The notes: generated from the sequence alone by a model not told the origin. Numbered from the stretch's first letter, positions 27,356-37,910 are shown. The stretch is DNA of 64,000 nt from Clostridia bacterium (GCA_040776905.1 JAXGZQ010000004.1:13667-77666); one strand, 5' to 3'. Made by a program: numbers and translations.

Positions 27356-28807
27356 ATGAAAAAAGCAGATATCGGATTGATCGGTTTGGCCGTCATGGGT
27401 GAGAACCTGGTGATGAACATGGAAAGTCACGGATTCACCGTCGCGGTATTCAATCGTTCAGCGGATAAAGTGCGCCGCTTTATCGGTGGCAGAGCCAGCG
27501 GACGACAGATCATCGGCACCTACAGTCTTGAAGAACTGACTGCCCAGCTGCAGACGCCGCGTAAAATCATGCTGATGGTCAAGGCCGGCCAGCCGGTCGA
27601 CCAGCTGATTGAGCAGCTGATCCCGCTGCTTGACGCCGGTGATGTGATCATCGATGGCGGCAACTCTCATTTTCCGGACACGATTCGCCGGACACGCCAT
27701 GTTGAGGCAGCCGGTCTTCTCTATATCGGCACCGGTGTTTCCGGTGGTGAGGAAGGCGCGTTGAAAGGACCGAGTATCATGCCTGGCGGTTCTGAAGCCG
27801 CCTGGCCGCTGGTTCAGCCGATCTTTCAGGCAATCGCCGCCAAAGTTGAAGACGGCAGCCCCTGCTGTGACTGGGTCGGGTCAGATGGAGCCGGTCATTT
27901 TGTCAAAATGGTTCATAACGGGATTGAATATGGTGATATGCAGCTGATCTGCGAAGCCTATCATCTGATGCGCGATTATCTGAAAATGACCGCGGACGAG
28001 ATGCACGACGTTTTCACCGACTGGAACCAGGGCGATCTGGACAGCTATCTGATCGAGATCACCCGCGATATTCTGGCATACAAAGATGAAGACGGTGAGC
28101 CGATGATTGACAAGATTCTTGACGCGGCCGGCCAGAAGGGGACAGGCAAATGGACCTCGGTCGCGTCTTTGGATGAAGGTGTCCCCCTGACCCTGATCAG
28201 TGAAGCTGTCTACTCCCGTTTTCTTTCCGCATTGAAATCAGAGCGTGTCGCGGCGTCAAAGATCCTGCAGGGACCTTCGGCTACATTCACCGGGGACAGG
28301 GAGGCGTTTCTTGTTCATCTGCGCAGCGCGCTCTACGCCGCGAAGATTGTGTCGTATGCCCAGGGTTATGCGCTGATGAAAGCGGCAGCCGAAACCTACG
28401 GATGGCAGCTCGACTTCGGCGGTATCGCGAAAATGTGGCGCGGCGGCTGCATCATCCGTTCGATCTTCCTCAATCGGATCAGCGACGCGTTTGCCGCGCA
28501 GCCTGACTTGCAGAACCTGCTGCTCGCTCCGTTTTTCCAGGAACAGGTCAGCCAGGCGCAGTCCGGCTGGCGTCAGGTGATCGCCGCTGCAGCGCTTGCC
28601 GGTATTCCGGTGCCGGCCATGGCAACCTCACTCAGTTATTTCGACGGCTATCGCAGCGAATGGCTGCCGGCTAATCTGCTCCAGGCGCAAAGAGATTATT
28701 TCGGTGCGCATACCTATGAGCGGGTCGATCGCGAACGCGGGGAATTCTTTCATACGAACTGGACCGGCGAGGGCGGCGATACCGCCTCATCGACCTATAA
28801 CGCGTAA
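27356..28807 (+). CDS. gnd: 6-phosphogluconate dehydrogenase, decarboxylating
   Basis: 483 aa with IGLIGLAVMGENLVMN, GTGVSGGEEGA and HNGIEYGDMQLI motifs. Confidence 0.95.
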   Translation: MKKADIGLIGLAVMGENLVMNMESHGFTVAVFNRSADKVRRFIGGRASGRQIIGTYSLEELTAQLQTPRKIMLMVKAGQPVDQLIEQLIPLLDAGDVIIDGGNSHFPDTIRRTRHVEAAGLLYIGTGVSGGEEGALKGPSIMPGGSEAAWPLVQPIFQAIAAKVEDGSPCCDWVGSDGAGHFVKMVHNGIEYGDMQLICEAYHLMRDYLKMTADEMHDVFTDWNQGDLDSYLIEITRDILAYKDEDGEPMIDKILDAAGQKGTGKWTSVASLDEGVPLTLISEAVYSRFLSALKSERVAASKILQGPSATFTGDREAFLVHLRSALYAAKIVSYAQGYALMKAAAETYGWQLDFGGIAKMWRGGCIIRSIFLNRISDAFAAQPDLQNLLLAPFFQEQVSQAQSGWRQVIAAAALAGIPVPAMATSLSYFDGYRSEWLPANLLQAQRDYFGAHTYERVDRERGEFFHTNWTGEGGDTASSTYNA

Positions 28808-28836
28808 GCAACAGCGCCCTGATGATGTGATGACAG

Positions 28837-28864
28837 CAGCCCGGATCGACCATGATCCGGGCTG
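28837..28864. terminator. Hairpin between convergent gnd and the GGDEF/HD-GYP gene
   Basis: CAGCCCGGATC-GACCAT-GATCCGGGCTG forms a perfect 11-bp stem. Confidence 0.5.
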
Positions 28865-28865
28865 T

Positions 28866-30839
28866 TCATATCTTGAGCGGTTTCGACTGAGCCAGAAAAC
28901 GCCGGAACAGTGCCACTACAGCTGGATCGAACTGGCTGCCGGCGCCCTTCTCCAGTTCATTCATCGCCTGAAATGACGACATATTCTTTTTGTGCAGCAT
29001 GGCGTCAAACGCCACAGCGACACTGACCATCCGGCTGATCAGCGGAATTTCATGCTGACGCAGACCTCGCGGATAGCCGAGACCGTCCGGACGCTCATGA
29101 TGGGTCAGAATAATCTCAGCGACATCCGCGTAGTGATGGATATTTTTCGCGATCTGGTAACCGATCTCGACATGACGCTGTATTTCACGCCAGTCATCGT
29201 CATTCAGGGGCTCTTTCTTCATCATAATGCGTTGATCAATCGCGATTTTCCCGATATCATGCAGCCGGCCGGCCAGCCCGGCCAGCCGGATCTCTTCACG
29301 TGAAAGCCCGCTCTGCACTGCCAGTTGCTGGCAGATCTGGCCGATCCGCTCGCTCCGTTCCTTCTCCCGCGGGTCACGAATTGCCAGCTGCTGACGAATA
29401 TGAGTGGCCAGACGGCGTTCAAATCCCCGGCGGTCCCTCATTTTCTGATGGTACATCTCTTCTTCAGCCTTGATGAACTGTTCAGCGAATATCTGATCCG
29501 GCAGCGTTTTGACCGCGATACCACAGGAAACCGACAGAACCGACTGCGCGAGCTTCTTCTGGTCAATCAGCTGCATGATGCGGTCCCGGATCATCATCAC
29601 CTGTTCCTGGCCGGTGTTCGGCAGCAGAACAATGAACTCATCCCCGCCGATCCGGGCGATGATGTCATCGGCGCGGCAGGCCTGGCGCAGAATGTCCGCG
29701 TAGGCGATCAGCAGGGTGTCGCCGGGGGTATGACCAAAAATATCATTTGTGGCTTTCAGACCGTTGATATCTGATAGGATCATGGCGATCGGCAGATTGC
29801 GCGGAACGTCGAGCCGCTGCAGTTCAGCGCTGTAAAAATGACGATTGTACAAATGAGTCATCTGGTCGTGATAGCTGAGGTAGAGAATCCGGCTTTCATG
29901 TTTTTTCCGGTCTTCAATATTGCGGGCCGATCCGATCAGTTCCAGTTCTTTTTGCTCATTCAAGCGAAACCTGTAGGCAATCTCACTCCAGACAGGATGA
30001 CCGTCGCGATGCTGCAGCTGCAATTCCAGATACGGGTGGAGCGGCTGTTCGCCATAGCGAAGAAACCGTTCCAGATACTGGCCGAACAGGTCAAGCAGGT
30101 GCGGACGCTGATAGGGGTCGGTCAGCTCACGATGAGACAGTCGAAGCGCATCGGCCACCGGATAGCCCAGCAGCTGCGTCACAGCCGGACTCACATAAGT
30201 CAGGGCATTGCGCTGAACATTGTATCGCCAGACCGTATCGAGTGAGAACTCAGTCAGCAGACGGTACAGATCCCGGCTGTCACGCAGTTCAGACTCACTC
30301 TGGCGCTGTCTGCTGATATCAATCTGTATCGCCAGGACACCGATCAGCTGGCCGTGCTCATTATACAGGCAGACTGAATCAATCATCATCCAGGCCGAAG
30401 TCTGGTCATGGCGGATAATCTTGACCTCTTGACGCAATTCACCCAGTTCAAACAGCTGAAACCAGCTCTGGCTGCTCTCATCCGACAGGTCTCCATAAAG
30501 ATCGGCAGGACTTCTGCCGATCAGCCCGATGCGCTCAATGGCACGAAACTGGTGCAGGGCCGTCGCGTTCACCCAGGTCAGCGGCATGGTGAGATACATG
30601 GTCTTGAGTGTGGTTTCCCGATCGGCCGCATGCTGCCAGTCGACGGGTTCTCTGAGCTGGAACAAATAAATGCCGGCCATCGGCTGACTGACCAGAGCGT
30701 CAATCACACCCGGCTGAACATGATTCGTACAACTTTCCTGGATCATCGCCGCGAACTCAGCGTTGATCAGATTATCCCGCATTTCCTGAATTTTCATCTG
30801 CCGGCTCCCATTCAAACAGTGGATCGGGACAGTATTCAA
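28866..30839 (-). CDS. PAS-GGDEF-HD-GYP c-di-GMP turnover protein
   Basis: An intact RIGGDEFIVLL motif, then HDIGKIAI and HHERPDGLGYPRGL (HD-GYP). PAS-like regions lie at the N-terminus. The start could instead be at 30797. Confidence 0.85.
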   Translation of the reverse strand: MNTVPIHCLNGSRQMKIQEMRDNLINAEFAAMIQESCTNHVQPGVIDALVSQPMAGIYLFQLREPVDWQHAADRETTLKTMYLTMPLTWVNATALHQFRAIERIGLIGRSPADLYGDLSDESSQSWFQLFELGELRQEVKIIRHDQTSAWMMIDSVCLYNEHGQLIGVLAIQIDISRQRQSESELRDSRDLYRLLTEFSLDTVWRYNVQRNALTYVSPAVTQLLGYPVADALRLSHRELTDPYQRPHLLDLFGQYLERFLRYGEQPLHPYLELQLQHRDGHPVWSEIAYRFRLNEQKELELIGSARNIEDRKKHESRILYLSYHDQMTHLYNRHFYSAELQRLDVPRNLPIAMILSDINGLKATNDIFGHTPGDTLLIAYADILRQACRADDIIARIGGDEFIVLLPNTGQEQVMMIRDRIMQLIDQKKLAQSVLSVSCGIAVKTLPDQIFAEQFIKAEEEMYHQKMRDRRGFERRLATHIRQQLAIRDPREKERSERIGQICQQLAVQSGLSREEIRLAGLAGRLHDIGKIAIDQRIMMKKEPLNDDDWREIQRHVEIGYQIAKNIHHYADVAEIILTHHERPDGLGYPRGLRQHEIPLISRMVSVAVAFDAMLHKKNMSSFQAMNELEKGAGSQFDPAVVALFRRFLAQSKPLKI

Positions 30840-30957
30840 AGCGTCATGGATCTTCTATTTTCATTATCAATGGTTCAGACTCACATGTCAAACTTTGTCA
30901 TATCAAGACGCCTGATGATGACTTTCGAGTATAATAAGGTTGTCGGAGGAAACGAAA

Positions 30958-31902
30958 ATGAGTCAGTCTTTCAACCAGCAGCTGGTCAATGATCTGGCGG
31001 ACATGATTGACGCCGCCCCGGATCCATTGCCTGATGGCCGTACCTGTGCCGGCCTGGTTCTGATCGCTCATGGCTATGACACGAAGATAACCGGAGAACC
31101 CGGATGGACCGGCTATATGCAGCAGTCGATCATCCATCGCCTGCGCTCACACGGACGGGCAGGCTGTCTTCGCGTCCGGCGCAGTCATGACACAGGCTGG
31201 AAGGTCGACCTCGAGTGGCTGGAGCCGCATCCGGCAGACCCCAGTGACTGTGAATGTTTTCTGCGCGTCGACTGGACCGCCGCGGCCAATCATCTGATTC
31301 ATCCGGTCAGTACAGGATGGCTGGCTCAGATACTGATGACATCACTAATGGACCACCAGTCTGAACTGCCTGATCCGGGCCGCCATCCCATCCATCTGAT
31401 CGGGCATAGCCGCGGAGCCTCACTTGTCTGTGAAATGGCCGCTCTGTTCGGTCAGCAGGGGATCTTCGTTGACCAGGTCACAACCCTCGATCCGCACCCG
31501 CTGACGACCGACGACCCCCAACCGCCGCTGCGGCCTGCTGTTGAAGACGCGGCGGTCCGCAGGCACCCCTGTATCCGATTCATGGATAATTACTGGCAGG
31601 ATATCGCCTATCCGCGGGGACAGGCGGTCAGCGGGGCCTTCAACCATGCCTGGCATCATCTGCCTGACGGCTACCACGGAACGCTGCACAGTGCCTTCGC
31701 GGATCATATGAATGTCATCCTCGCGTATCAGGCGACGATCAGTGACAGGCTGCCTATCCACAACGAAGAAGCCCGTCTCGATGCCGTCACCTTGGAACGA
31801 TGGTGTACAGAAAATAACCTGGCGGAGCTGCCGCCAGGTTATCGCTTCAGTCAGGCGATAGAGCCTGAACTGCGCCGCAGTGTCGATCAACCGGTTATCT
31901 GA
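30958..31902 (+). CDS. Alpha/beta-hydrolase-like hypothetical protein
   Basis: HLIGHSRGAS is a nucleophile-elbow-like motif (GHSRG). ATG 30958 sits behind GGAGGA, and TATAAT lies at 30929-30934. Confidence 0.5.
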   Translation: MSQSFNQQLVNDLADMIDAAPDPLPDGRTCAGLVLIAHGYDTKITGEPGWTGYMQQSIIHRLRSHGRAGCLRVRRSHDTGWKVDLEWLEPHPADPSDCECFLRVDWTAAANHLIHPVSTGWLAQILMTSLMDHQSELPDPGRHPIHLIGHSRGASLVCEMAALFGQQGIFVDQVTTLDPHPLTTDDPQPPLRPAVEDAAVRRHPCIRFMDNYWQDIAYPRGQAVSGAFNHAWHHLPDGYHGTLHSAFADHMNVILAYQATISDRLPIHNEEARLDAVTLERWCTENNLAELPPGYRFSQAIEPELRRSVDQPVI

Positions 31903-32809
31903 CCTGTCGCCAGGCCTGGTTGAGGGTCCGCTTCGCGTTGGCAATGACCATGTCCGGTGTCTCATCGCCCCAGGGCTTCACTTCAAAGCTGACAATCGGC
32001 CGCTTCTCAGGATGAATAAAGCCGATATCCTTCAATTTTTGCAGATAAGCAGTCAGTTGGGGGACATCATTTTCCGAATTGGGGAATCCGAAACGCGGAT
32101 GTGTGTCGCCATACGCTTCATACGACGGGTCGGCTATGACGGTATTGCCCATATGCGCATGGACCAGATAGGGCTGCAGCGGCAGAATATGCTCGTCATT
32201 GGTCTCATGAATCATCGGAATATGTGAAAGGTCGATCATCAGGCCGAAATGATCATATTCCGGACGGATCATCTCAGCGAAGCGGCGGGCACGATCAGCC
32301 GGTCCGATCAGCGACTTCTTGTCAATGTCATAATCAAAGACTTCCAGGGCGACCGTGAGGTCTCCCTTTTCCTGTGCATAGCGGCAGAGTTCACGTGTTG
32401 AGCTTGCCAGTGCTGCCATGGCCTCTTCCAGCCGGGCCTCCTCATAATGGCCGGAAAGGAACGCGAAGCCAGTGGCCCCGAGTTCCACGGCTTCATCCAT
32501 GCCTGCCTTAAGGCTAGCAACCGCCGCCAAACGCTTCGTTTCGTCCAGATCGTTGATATTCATGCCAGTGGTCAGCAGACGCGGCTGCGCGCCATAAGCG
32601 ACCGTCATGCCGGACGTCTGCAGGCGTTTTGCTACGGTTGCCCTCACAGCGCCGTCTTTGATCCAGGTCAGCTCAATCGCTTCGAAATAGGGATCCCGGG
32701 CGATCGATTCGACCGTTTCCAGAATCGGACCTTCGCCCTGCATGGTTTCTGGAAACGCCATAAAATGGACAATCCCGACTTTCATATAATGATTGATTGG
32801 TTCGATCAT
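31895..32809 (-). CDS. Sugar phosphate isomerase/epimerase (xylose isomerase-like TIM barrel)
   Basis: 304 aa with the pattern typical of AP endonuclease 2/xylose isomerase-like barrels (IELTW, GATGFAFLSG, DLSHIP, HAHMGN). Confidence 0.65.
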   Translation of the reverse strand: MIEPINHYMKVGIVHFMAFPETMQGEGPILETVESIARDPYFEAIELTWIKDGAVRATVAKRLQTSGMTVAYGAQPRLLTTGMNINDLDETKRLAAVASLKAGMDEAVELGATGFAFLSGHYEEARLEEAMAALASSTRELCRYAQEKGDLTVALEVFDYDIDKKSLIGPADRARRFAEMIRPEYDHFGLMIDLSHIPMIHETNDEHILPLQPYLVHAHMGNTVIADPSYEAYGDTHPRFGFPNSENDVPQLTAYLQKLKDIGFIHPEKRPIVSFEVKPWGDETPDMVIANAKRTLNQAWRQVR

Positions 32810-32973
32810 ATTGACCTCCTGTTATTAATTGACCCCGGCAGCGGGGTATGCGCGTTCCGGTTTGAAGTACTATTTCATTATAGCAGAACCAACTGAAGGC
32901 TTCGTATCACAGGTTCACATCTTTCCACGCGGCCACCGTTGAGAATGAGCGCGGAAAATAACTGCAAATTCCC

Positions 32974-33002
32974 GTTGACTTTACGTCAACGTGATCTATA
33001 CT
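32974..33002 (+). promoter_or_regulatory. Promoter with a perfect palindrome over the -35 element
   Basis: GTTGAC-TTTAC-GTCAAC lies at 32974-32990. TTGACT, a 17-nt spacer and TATACT (32997-33002) lie upstream of the 33073 ORF and hppA. Confidence 0.5.
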
Positions 33003-33072
33003 GAATTTGGTTTTACTTGTCCTTCAGTCGCAGTCAGCGTTATTCTGATTTTTGCAGGAAAGGGTGAGACAT

Positions 33073-33837
33073 TTGAACTACCATATCTATCTGACACTGA
33101 TCCCGGAAACACTGGTCATCTCAATGCTCAATCCTGAAGAATTTGCCGCTTATTACGCGATCGGCGAGCGCGGTAAATCGAGCGGACAGGTTCTTTTCGT
33201 CGAAATCGACCCGGCCTTCAGGCATCCTTTCTTCCAGATTGACCAGGGCATTGCCCGCTGTGTCCCCACAGCAGACGGCCAGCCGAAATCATCGGTCTAT
33301 GTCGCGATCTACCGTGTGCTTGAGCATCTCCCGCTGGCGGCGATGGGAACGCTGTACTATGTTGCCCGCGACGGCCGCTCACTGGGGGTCAGTAAAGTAC
33401 CTGCCCTGAACAATGAAGGGGGTCTCCATCTCTATTTCGAACTGGCGCCCACGCGTCCGGCGGTTGTCAGTTCACTGGGGCCGCTGGATTATACGAATCT
33501 GATGATGGGCCGTCCCGGAGGTTTCCAGGGAATTCCGGCGATCGCGTTTGCTGAACTCAGACTGGGCCGTCTTGCTGAAGATCCCGATCAGGGATCCGCT
33601 GACGACCTCCCCTACGAAAACCTGCCGCATCTGCGCAATTGTCTCCAGGAAGTCAAAACCAAGGATATCTCGTCAAAGATGTTTGACTTGAGCGGCGGAC
33701 AGATCCTGACGTTCCGTATGGTCAAGAATGGTGTATTCGTCGGGAATTCAACCGAAGGACTCTATCTTTATCCCCTGCCGTCCATGAGCGAACTTCGCCA
33801 GAACAATTATGACTGGTGGCGCTCCATCAATACGTAA
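33073..33837 (+). CDS. Conserved hypothetical protein
   Basis: The ORF is open from TTG 33052. TTG 33073 is the better start because it follows AAGGGTGAG. No motif recognised. Confidence 0.5.
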   Translation: MNYHIYLTLIPETLVISMLNPEEFAAYYAIGERGKSSGQVLFVEIDPAFRHPFFQIDQGIARCVPTADGQPKSSVYVAIYRVLEHLPLAAMGTLYYVARDGRSLGVSKVPALNNEGGLHLYFELAPTRPAVVSSLGPLDYTNLMMGRPGGFQGIPAIAFAELRLGRLAEDPDQGSADDLPYENLPHLRNCLQEVKTKDISSKMFDLSGGQILTFRMVKNGVFVGNSTEGLYLYPLPSMSELRQNNYDWWRSINT

Positions 33838-33867
33838 TTCATAAATATATTATCGTTTCGGAGGTTC

Positions 33868-35949
33868 ATGCACATGACAACAGATGTTTGGCTCATCTCA
33901 GGCATGGTCCTGGGAATCATCTCATTCGGTATCGCCCTTCTTATCTACGGCTGGGTCAGAAAACAGGATGATGGATCAGAGCGATCCCGCAAGATCGCCC
34001 GTGCCATCAAAGATGGTGCCTGGGCTTATCTGCGCCATCTCTATAGCGCGCTGGCAGGAGTGGCGGTTGTTTTCGGGGTGATACTCGCGATTGTCTTCTC
34101 GCTCAAGGGAGAGAGGTTCAATCTGCTGACAGGTCTGGAGACCGCTCTGGCATTTGTCGTCGGAGCGCTTTGCTCCGCCATCGCCGGGTTTCTCGGGATG
34201 TCAGTCGCGGTTCGCGCTAATGTCCGGACAGCAGTCGCGGCCGTCAACAGCCTGAACAAGGCCTTCAATACCGCGTATCGCGCCGGAGCGGTTCTGGCCC
34301 TGGCGATGGTTGGCATCGCCGTCTTCGGCATGTGCCTGATCTACCTGGTGACAGGAAATCCTGAGGTTGTGCTGGGATTTTCCTTTGGTGCTTCATCACT
34401 GGCCCTTCTGGCGAAAGCCGGCGGCGGTATCTATACGAAAACCGCCGATATCGCGGCCGATCTGGTCGGAAAAATTGAAGCGGGAATACCCGAAGATGAC
34501 CCCCGCAATCCGGCTGTCATCGCGGATAATGTCGGTGATAATGTCGGCGATGTCGCCGGAATGGGCGCTGATATTTTTGATTCTTATGTCGCCGCGACAG
34601 TCGCTGCCATGCTGATCGGTTTCACCGGGTTCCTATCCTCGCCTAAGGAAACTCAGATCCTATATACCATTCTCCCGCTCATTCTCTGTCTTGTCGGTAT
34701 CATCTCATCCATCATCGGACTCCAACTGGTTCGTGTCGGCAGGAACGGCAAACCCGGAACAGCCCTGAATATGGCCACCGTCATCTCCTGTGTGATTTTC
34801 GCCGTGCTGGCCACGGTTCTCTTCCTGGTCATGCAATGGAATATCGGTGCCCTGATCGCGACCGTGGCCGGACTGGCGATTGGTGTCATCATCGGCTTTA
34901 CCACCGGTTACTTTACCGATGATAATTATAAACCGGTTCGCAAAACGGCTGATATCGCCAAATCAGGGGCCGCGCTTAATATCATCTCAGGCATGTCCTT
35001 CGGATTTATTTCAATCGGGCCGTCGCTGTTCGGCATCGCCGCCGCCACACTTGTCTCCTATTTTTCCGCGGAAGCTTTCGGGCTTCCCGGAGTCTACGGA
35101 GTCGGTATCGCCGCGGTTGGCATGCTGTCACTGACCGGGATCGTTGTCGCCAATGACGCGTATGGCCCGATCGTTGACAACGCCAAAGGGATCGCTGAAA
35201 TGTCCAATCTGGGGGATGAAGTCGTCAGCCGATGTGATGTCCTCGATTCCGCAGGAAATACCGCCAAGGCCATCACCAAGGGATTTGCCATCAGCGCCGC
35301 TGCCCTGACGGTCCTGGCGCTGTTCGTGGCCTATAAGGAGCAAATTGAGCACTATCTGCCGAATGGCCAGGAGCTGACTCTGAGTCTGCTCGATCCGCTG
35401 GTCCTCGCGGGTATTCTGCTCGGCGCGATGGTTCCGCCGATTTTCTCGGCGCTGCTCATGCTCGCTGTCACCCGCAACGCCTTCACGATGATTGAGGAAA
35501 TCCGGCGCCAGTTCCGCGATATACCCGGCATTCTACTGGGCACCGTCGATCCTGATTACGCCACTTGCGTCGGGCTCGCGTCACAAGGAGCGCTGAAATC
35601 ACTCATCCTGCCGGCGCTGCTGGCGGTTCTGCTGCCCCTGTTGATCGGCTTCATCCTCGGTCCCGCCGCGCTAGGTGGATTTCTGGGCGGCGCGATCTTC
35701 GTCGGTATCGTCTTCGCTCTGTTTATGGCCAATGCCGGCGGTTTATGGGATAACGCGAAGAAATATGTTGAAGCCGGTAATTGCGGTGGTACGGGTTCTG
35801 ACGCGCATAAGGCCACCGTCATCGGTGATACGGTCGGCGATCCTTTCAAGGATACCGCCGGGCCATCCATCAATACACTGATCACCGTCATGACACTGAC
35901 ATCGAGTCTTTTCGCGCCGCTGATCGCGGTTGTTCACCTGTTCGGCTGA
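33868..35949 (+). CDS. hppA: Membrane-bound proton-translocating pyrophosphatase (K+-independent signature)
   Basis: 693 aa, multi-TM. Motifs present are DNVGDNVGDVAGMGADIFDSY, DNAKKYVE and GDTVGDPFKDTAGPS. GNTAKAITKG (35254-35283) carries the Lys/Thr pair. Confidence 0.93.
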   Translation: MHMTTDVWLISGMVLGIISFGIALLIYGWVRKQDDGSERSRKIARAIKDGAWAYLRHLYSALAGVAVVFGVILAIVFSLKGERFNLLTGLETALAFVVGALCSAIAGFLGMSVAVRANVRTAVAAVNSLNKAFNTAYRAGAVLALAMVGIAVFGMCLIYLVTGNPEVVLGFSFGASSLALLAKAGGGIYTKTADIAADLVGKIEAGIPEDDPRNPAVIADNVGDNVGDVAGMGADIFDSYVAATVAAMLIGFTGFLSSPKETQILYTILPLILCLVGIISSIIGLQLVRVGRNGKPGTALNMATVISCVIFAVLATVLFLVMQWNIGALIATVAGLAIGVIIGFTTGYFTDDNYKPVRKTADIAKSGAALNIISGMSFGFISIGPSLFGIAAATLVSYFSAEAFGLPGVYGVGIAAVGMLSLTGIVVANDAYGPIVDNAKGIAEMSNLGDEVVSRCDVLDSAGNTAKAITKGFAISAAALTVLALFVAYKEQIEHYLPNGQELTLSLLDPLVLAGILLGAMVPPIFSALLMLAVTRNAFTMIEEIRRQFRDIPGILLGTVDPDYATCVGLASQGALKSLILPALLAVLLPLLIGFILGPAALGGFLGGAIFVGIVFALFMANAGGLWDNAKKYVEAGNCGGTGSDAHKATVIGDTVGDPFKDTAGPSINTLITVMTLTSSLFAPLIAVVHLFG

Positions 35950-35981
35950 TCTGAGACGCAGCCCTGTCCGAAGATCAATGA

Positions 35982-36020
35982 ACACGCCTGTCATCTCATG
36001 GGGTGACAGGCGTGTTTTTT
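35982..36020 (+). terminator. Intrinsic terminator of hppA
   Basis: ACACGCCTGTCA ... TGACAGGCGTGT stem followed by TTTTTT. Confidence 0.8.
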
Positions 36021-36066
36021 ATGATCGCTCTGCTCGAGGTCAGACAGTGAAATATGCAATGGACAG

Positions 36067-37746
36067 CTATTGATAATTCCGTTTGATCTTTCTGGTCGTC
36101 GTTTTCTCAAACTCTGTTTCGCGGATGATAACCTGAGAGATCCGTTTGAATTTGGCCAGATGACCGTTAACCTTCTCAATATCCGCCTTCAGCTGAACAC
36201 GGGCCCGCTCCAGACCCGTTTCACTGATAAATTGCGGATCGAGAAAAGCATCCGCCGCGATGATCCGCTCATGGCCGAATTTATCTTTCGGAGCGAAGAC
36301 AATGACTTCACGAAGGTAGGGAATCTGATTCATCAGGCATTCCTCCAGCTCCTCAGGATAGACATTTTTGCCATTCGAACTGATAATCAGGTTTTTGGCG
36401 CGCCCTGTGATATACACGTTATTTGCCTTATCAATACAACCGATGTCACCGGTTTTGAACCATCCGTCCTCAGTGAATGATTGGCGGGTTGCCGCTTCAT
36501 CTTTATAGTAGCCGAGCATGACATTATCACCTTTGACCTGAATTTCGCCTGCACCATCGTCATCAGGATCACTGATCCGGACCTGACAATCGGGTGCGAC
36601 AGCTCCGACACTCCCCGGCACTTGAGAAATCGGACTGTTGCTCGATACGAGCGGGGAGCATTCCGTAATGCCATACCCGTTGTAAATATCGATTCCAATA
36701 TCAGCAAACGCTTTAATCCGTTGGGGATTCAACGGTGCGCCACCACAAAAAATCATTTTCAGATGACCGCCCAACCCGTCAAGGATCGGCTTGAAAAACT
36801 GGTCACGACGATCGATTCCGAATACTCTGAGAAAATTACTGAGTAGGATGCCCAGCTTGAGCCGTGTTGCCTGGCCGGCCTTTTCAGCTTCCTTCCAGAT
36901 ATTCTTATGCAGGTGGTCAACGACCATGGGAACCATCATGGTCATGTCCGGCTTGAAAATTCTCAGGTTCTCCTTGAAATTCTTGAGTTCATCATTAAAG
37001 CAGACGGTAAACCCTGCATAAAGACTCCCCAGGATAAACAAATTCATCTCAACCGTGTGATTGATCGGCAGTAATGAAAAATACGTTTCAGCCTGTCTGA
37101 ACATCGCCAGCGCGGAGTGGAGAACGGCGGTGATGTTCCGATGGCACAGCATCACGCCTTTATTGGCACCCGTTGTGCCCGAGGTAAAAATGATTGAGCA
37201 CACTTTGTTTACATCCACTTCAGGATCAAAATCCACTGGGTCTCCCTGTGCCAGAATCTGCTGACCGGAATGAATCAGCTGCATCACGTCAGGCACACCC
37301 GCATCTTGATTGGTGTACCCGGTTTTGACAGCCATCCGGACATCCGGACACTGCTCCAGGATAACGGGTATCCGTGCGGCCTGGGATTGCGAATAGAAAA
37401 CAGCATCGGCATCGCTTAATTGCAGCTGTTTGGTCATTTCATCAACCGACAGTTCTTTGTCAATCGGAATGATCACGCCAACCCAGTTGACAACCGCCAG
37501 ATAACAGACGACATAATGGTAGGAACTTTCACCGATCAGCGCGAAATGTTTCCCCTTCCAGCCGTCGGCAACCAGTTTGGCGCCCAGAGCATCGACATCT
37601 GTCTGCAGCTGTCGGTCTGTGTGTTCAACAAGTTCCCGTTTCGTGTTGAATTCCCGGATAGCCACTTTGTCGCTGTGCGTTTCTGCCGCATACGCGACCA
37701 GTTCACGCAGATCGCTTAACCGGACACTGTCATAGTACTCCATCAT
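36067..37746 (-). CDS. AMP-dependent long-chain acyl-CoA synthetase
   Basis: IFTSGTTGANKGVMLCH and GYGITECSP motifs, plus a C-terminal TTTRKIKR. The probable start is ATG 37746 (MMEYYDSV). The track start at 37803 is TTG. Confidence 0.85.
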   Translation of the reverse strand: MMEYYDSVRLSDLRELVAYAAETHSDKVAIREFNTKRELVEHTDRQLQTDVDALGAKLVADGWKGKHFALIGESSYHYVVCYLAVVNWVGVIIPIDKELSVDEMTKQLQLSDADAVFYSQSQAARIPVILEQCPDVRMAVKTGYTNQDAGVPDVMQLIHSGQQILAQGDPVDFDPEVDVNKVCSIIFTSGTTGANKGVMLCHRNITAVLHSALAMFRQAETYFSLLPINHTVEMNLFILGSLYAGFTVCFNDELKNFKENLRIFKPDMTMMVPMVVDHLHKNIWKEAEKAGQATRLKLGILLSNFLRVFGIDRRDQFFKPILDGLGGHLKMIFCGGAPLNPQRIKAFADIGIDIYNGYGITECSPLVSSNSPISQVPGSVGAVAPDCQVRISDPDDDGAGEIQVKGDNVMLGYYKDEAATRQSFTEDGWFKTGDIGCIDKANNVYITGRAKNLIISSNGKNVYPEELEECLMNQIPYLREVIVFAPKDKFGHERIIAADAFLDPQFISETGLERARVQLKADIEKVNGHLAKFKRISQVIIRETEFEKTTTRKIKRNYQ

Positions 37747-37891
37747 CGTTTTACCCGTTGCCTCAATGGTCAAATCAAACTCATGTTCACCGGCAAAAAT
37801 CAATGTAGAGATGATGATGTGAGAGCTGTTATCATGATCATGTACTGACTATTATGATATCAAAATATGATATGATTATCACGCATGTAAT

Positions 37892-37910
37892 TTGATGATC
37901 AAATCATCAA
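37892..37910. promoter_or_regulatory. Palindromic operator candidate in the divergent AT-rich control region
   Basis: TTGATGAT-CAA-ATCATCAA is a perfect inverted repeat. Further TGAT/ATCA repeats occur between 37830 and 37890. Confidence 0.45.
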
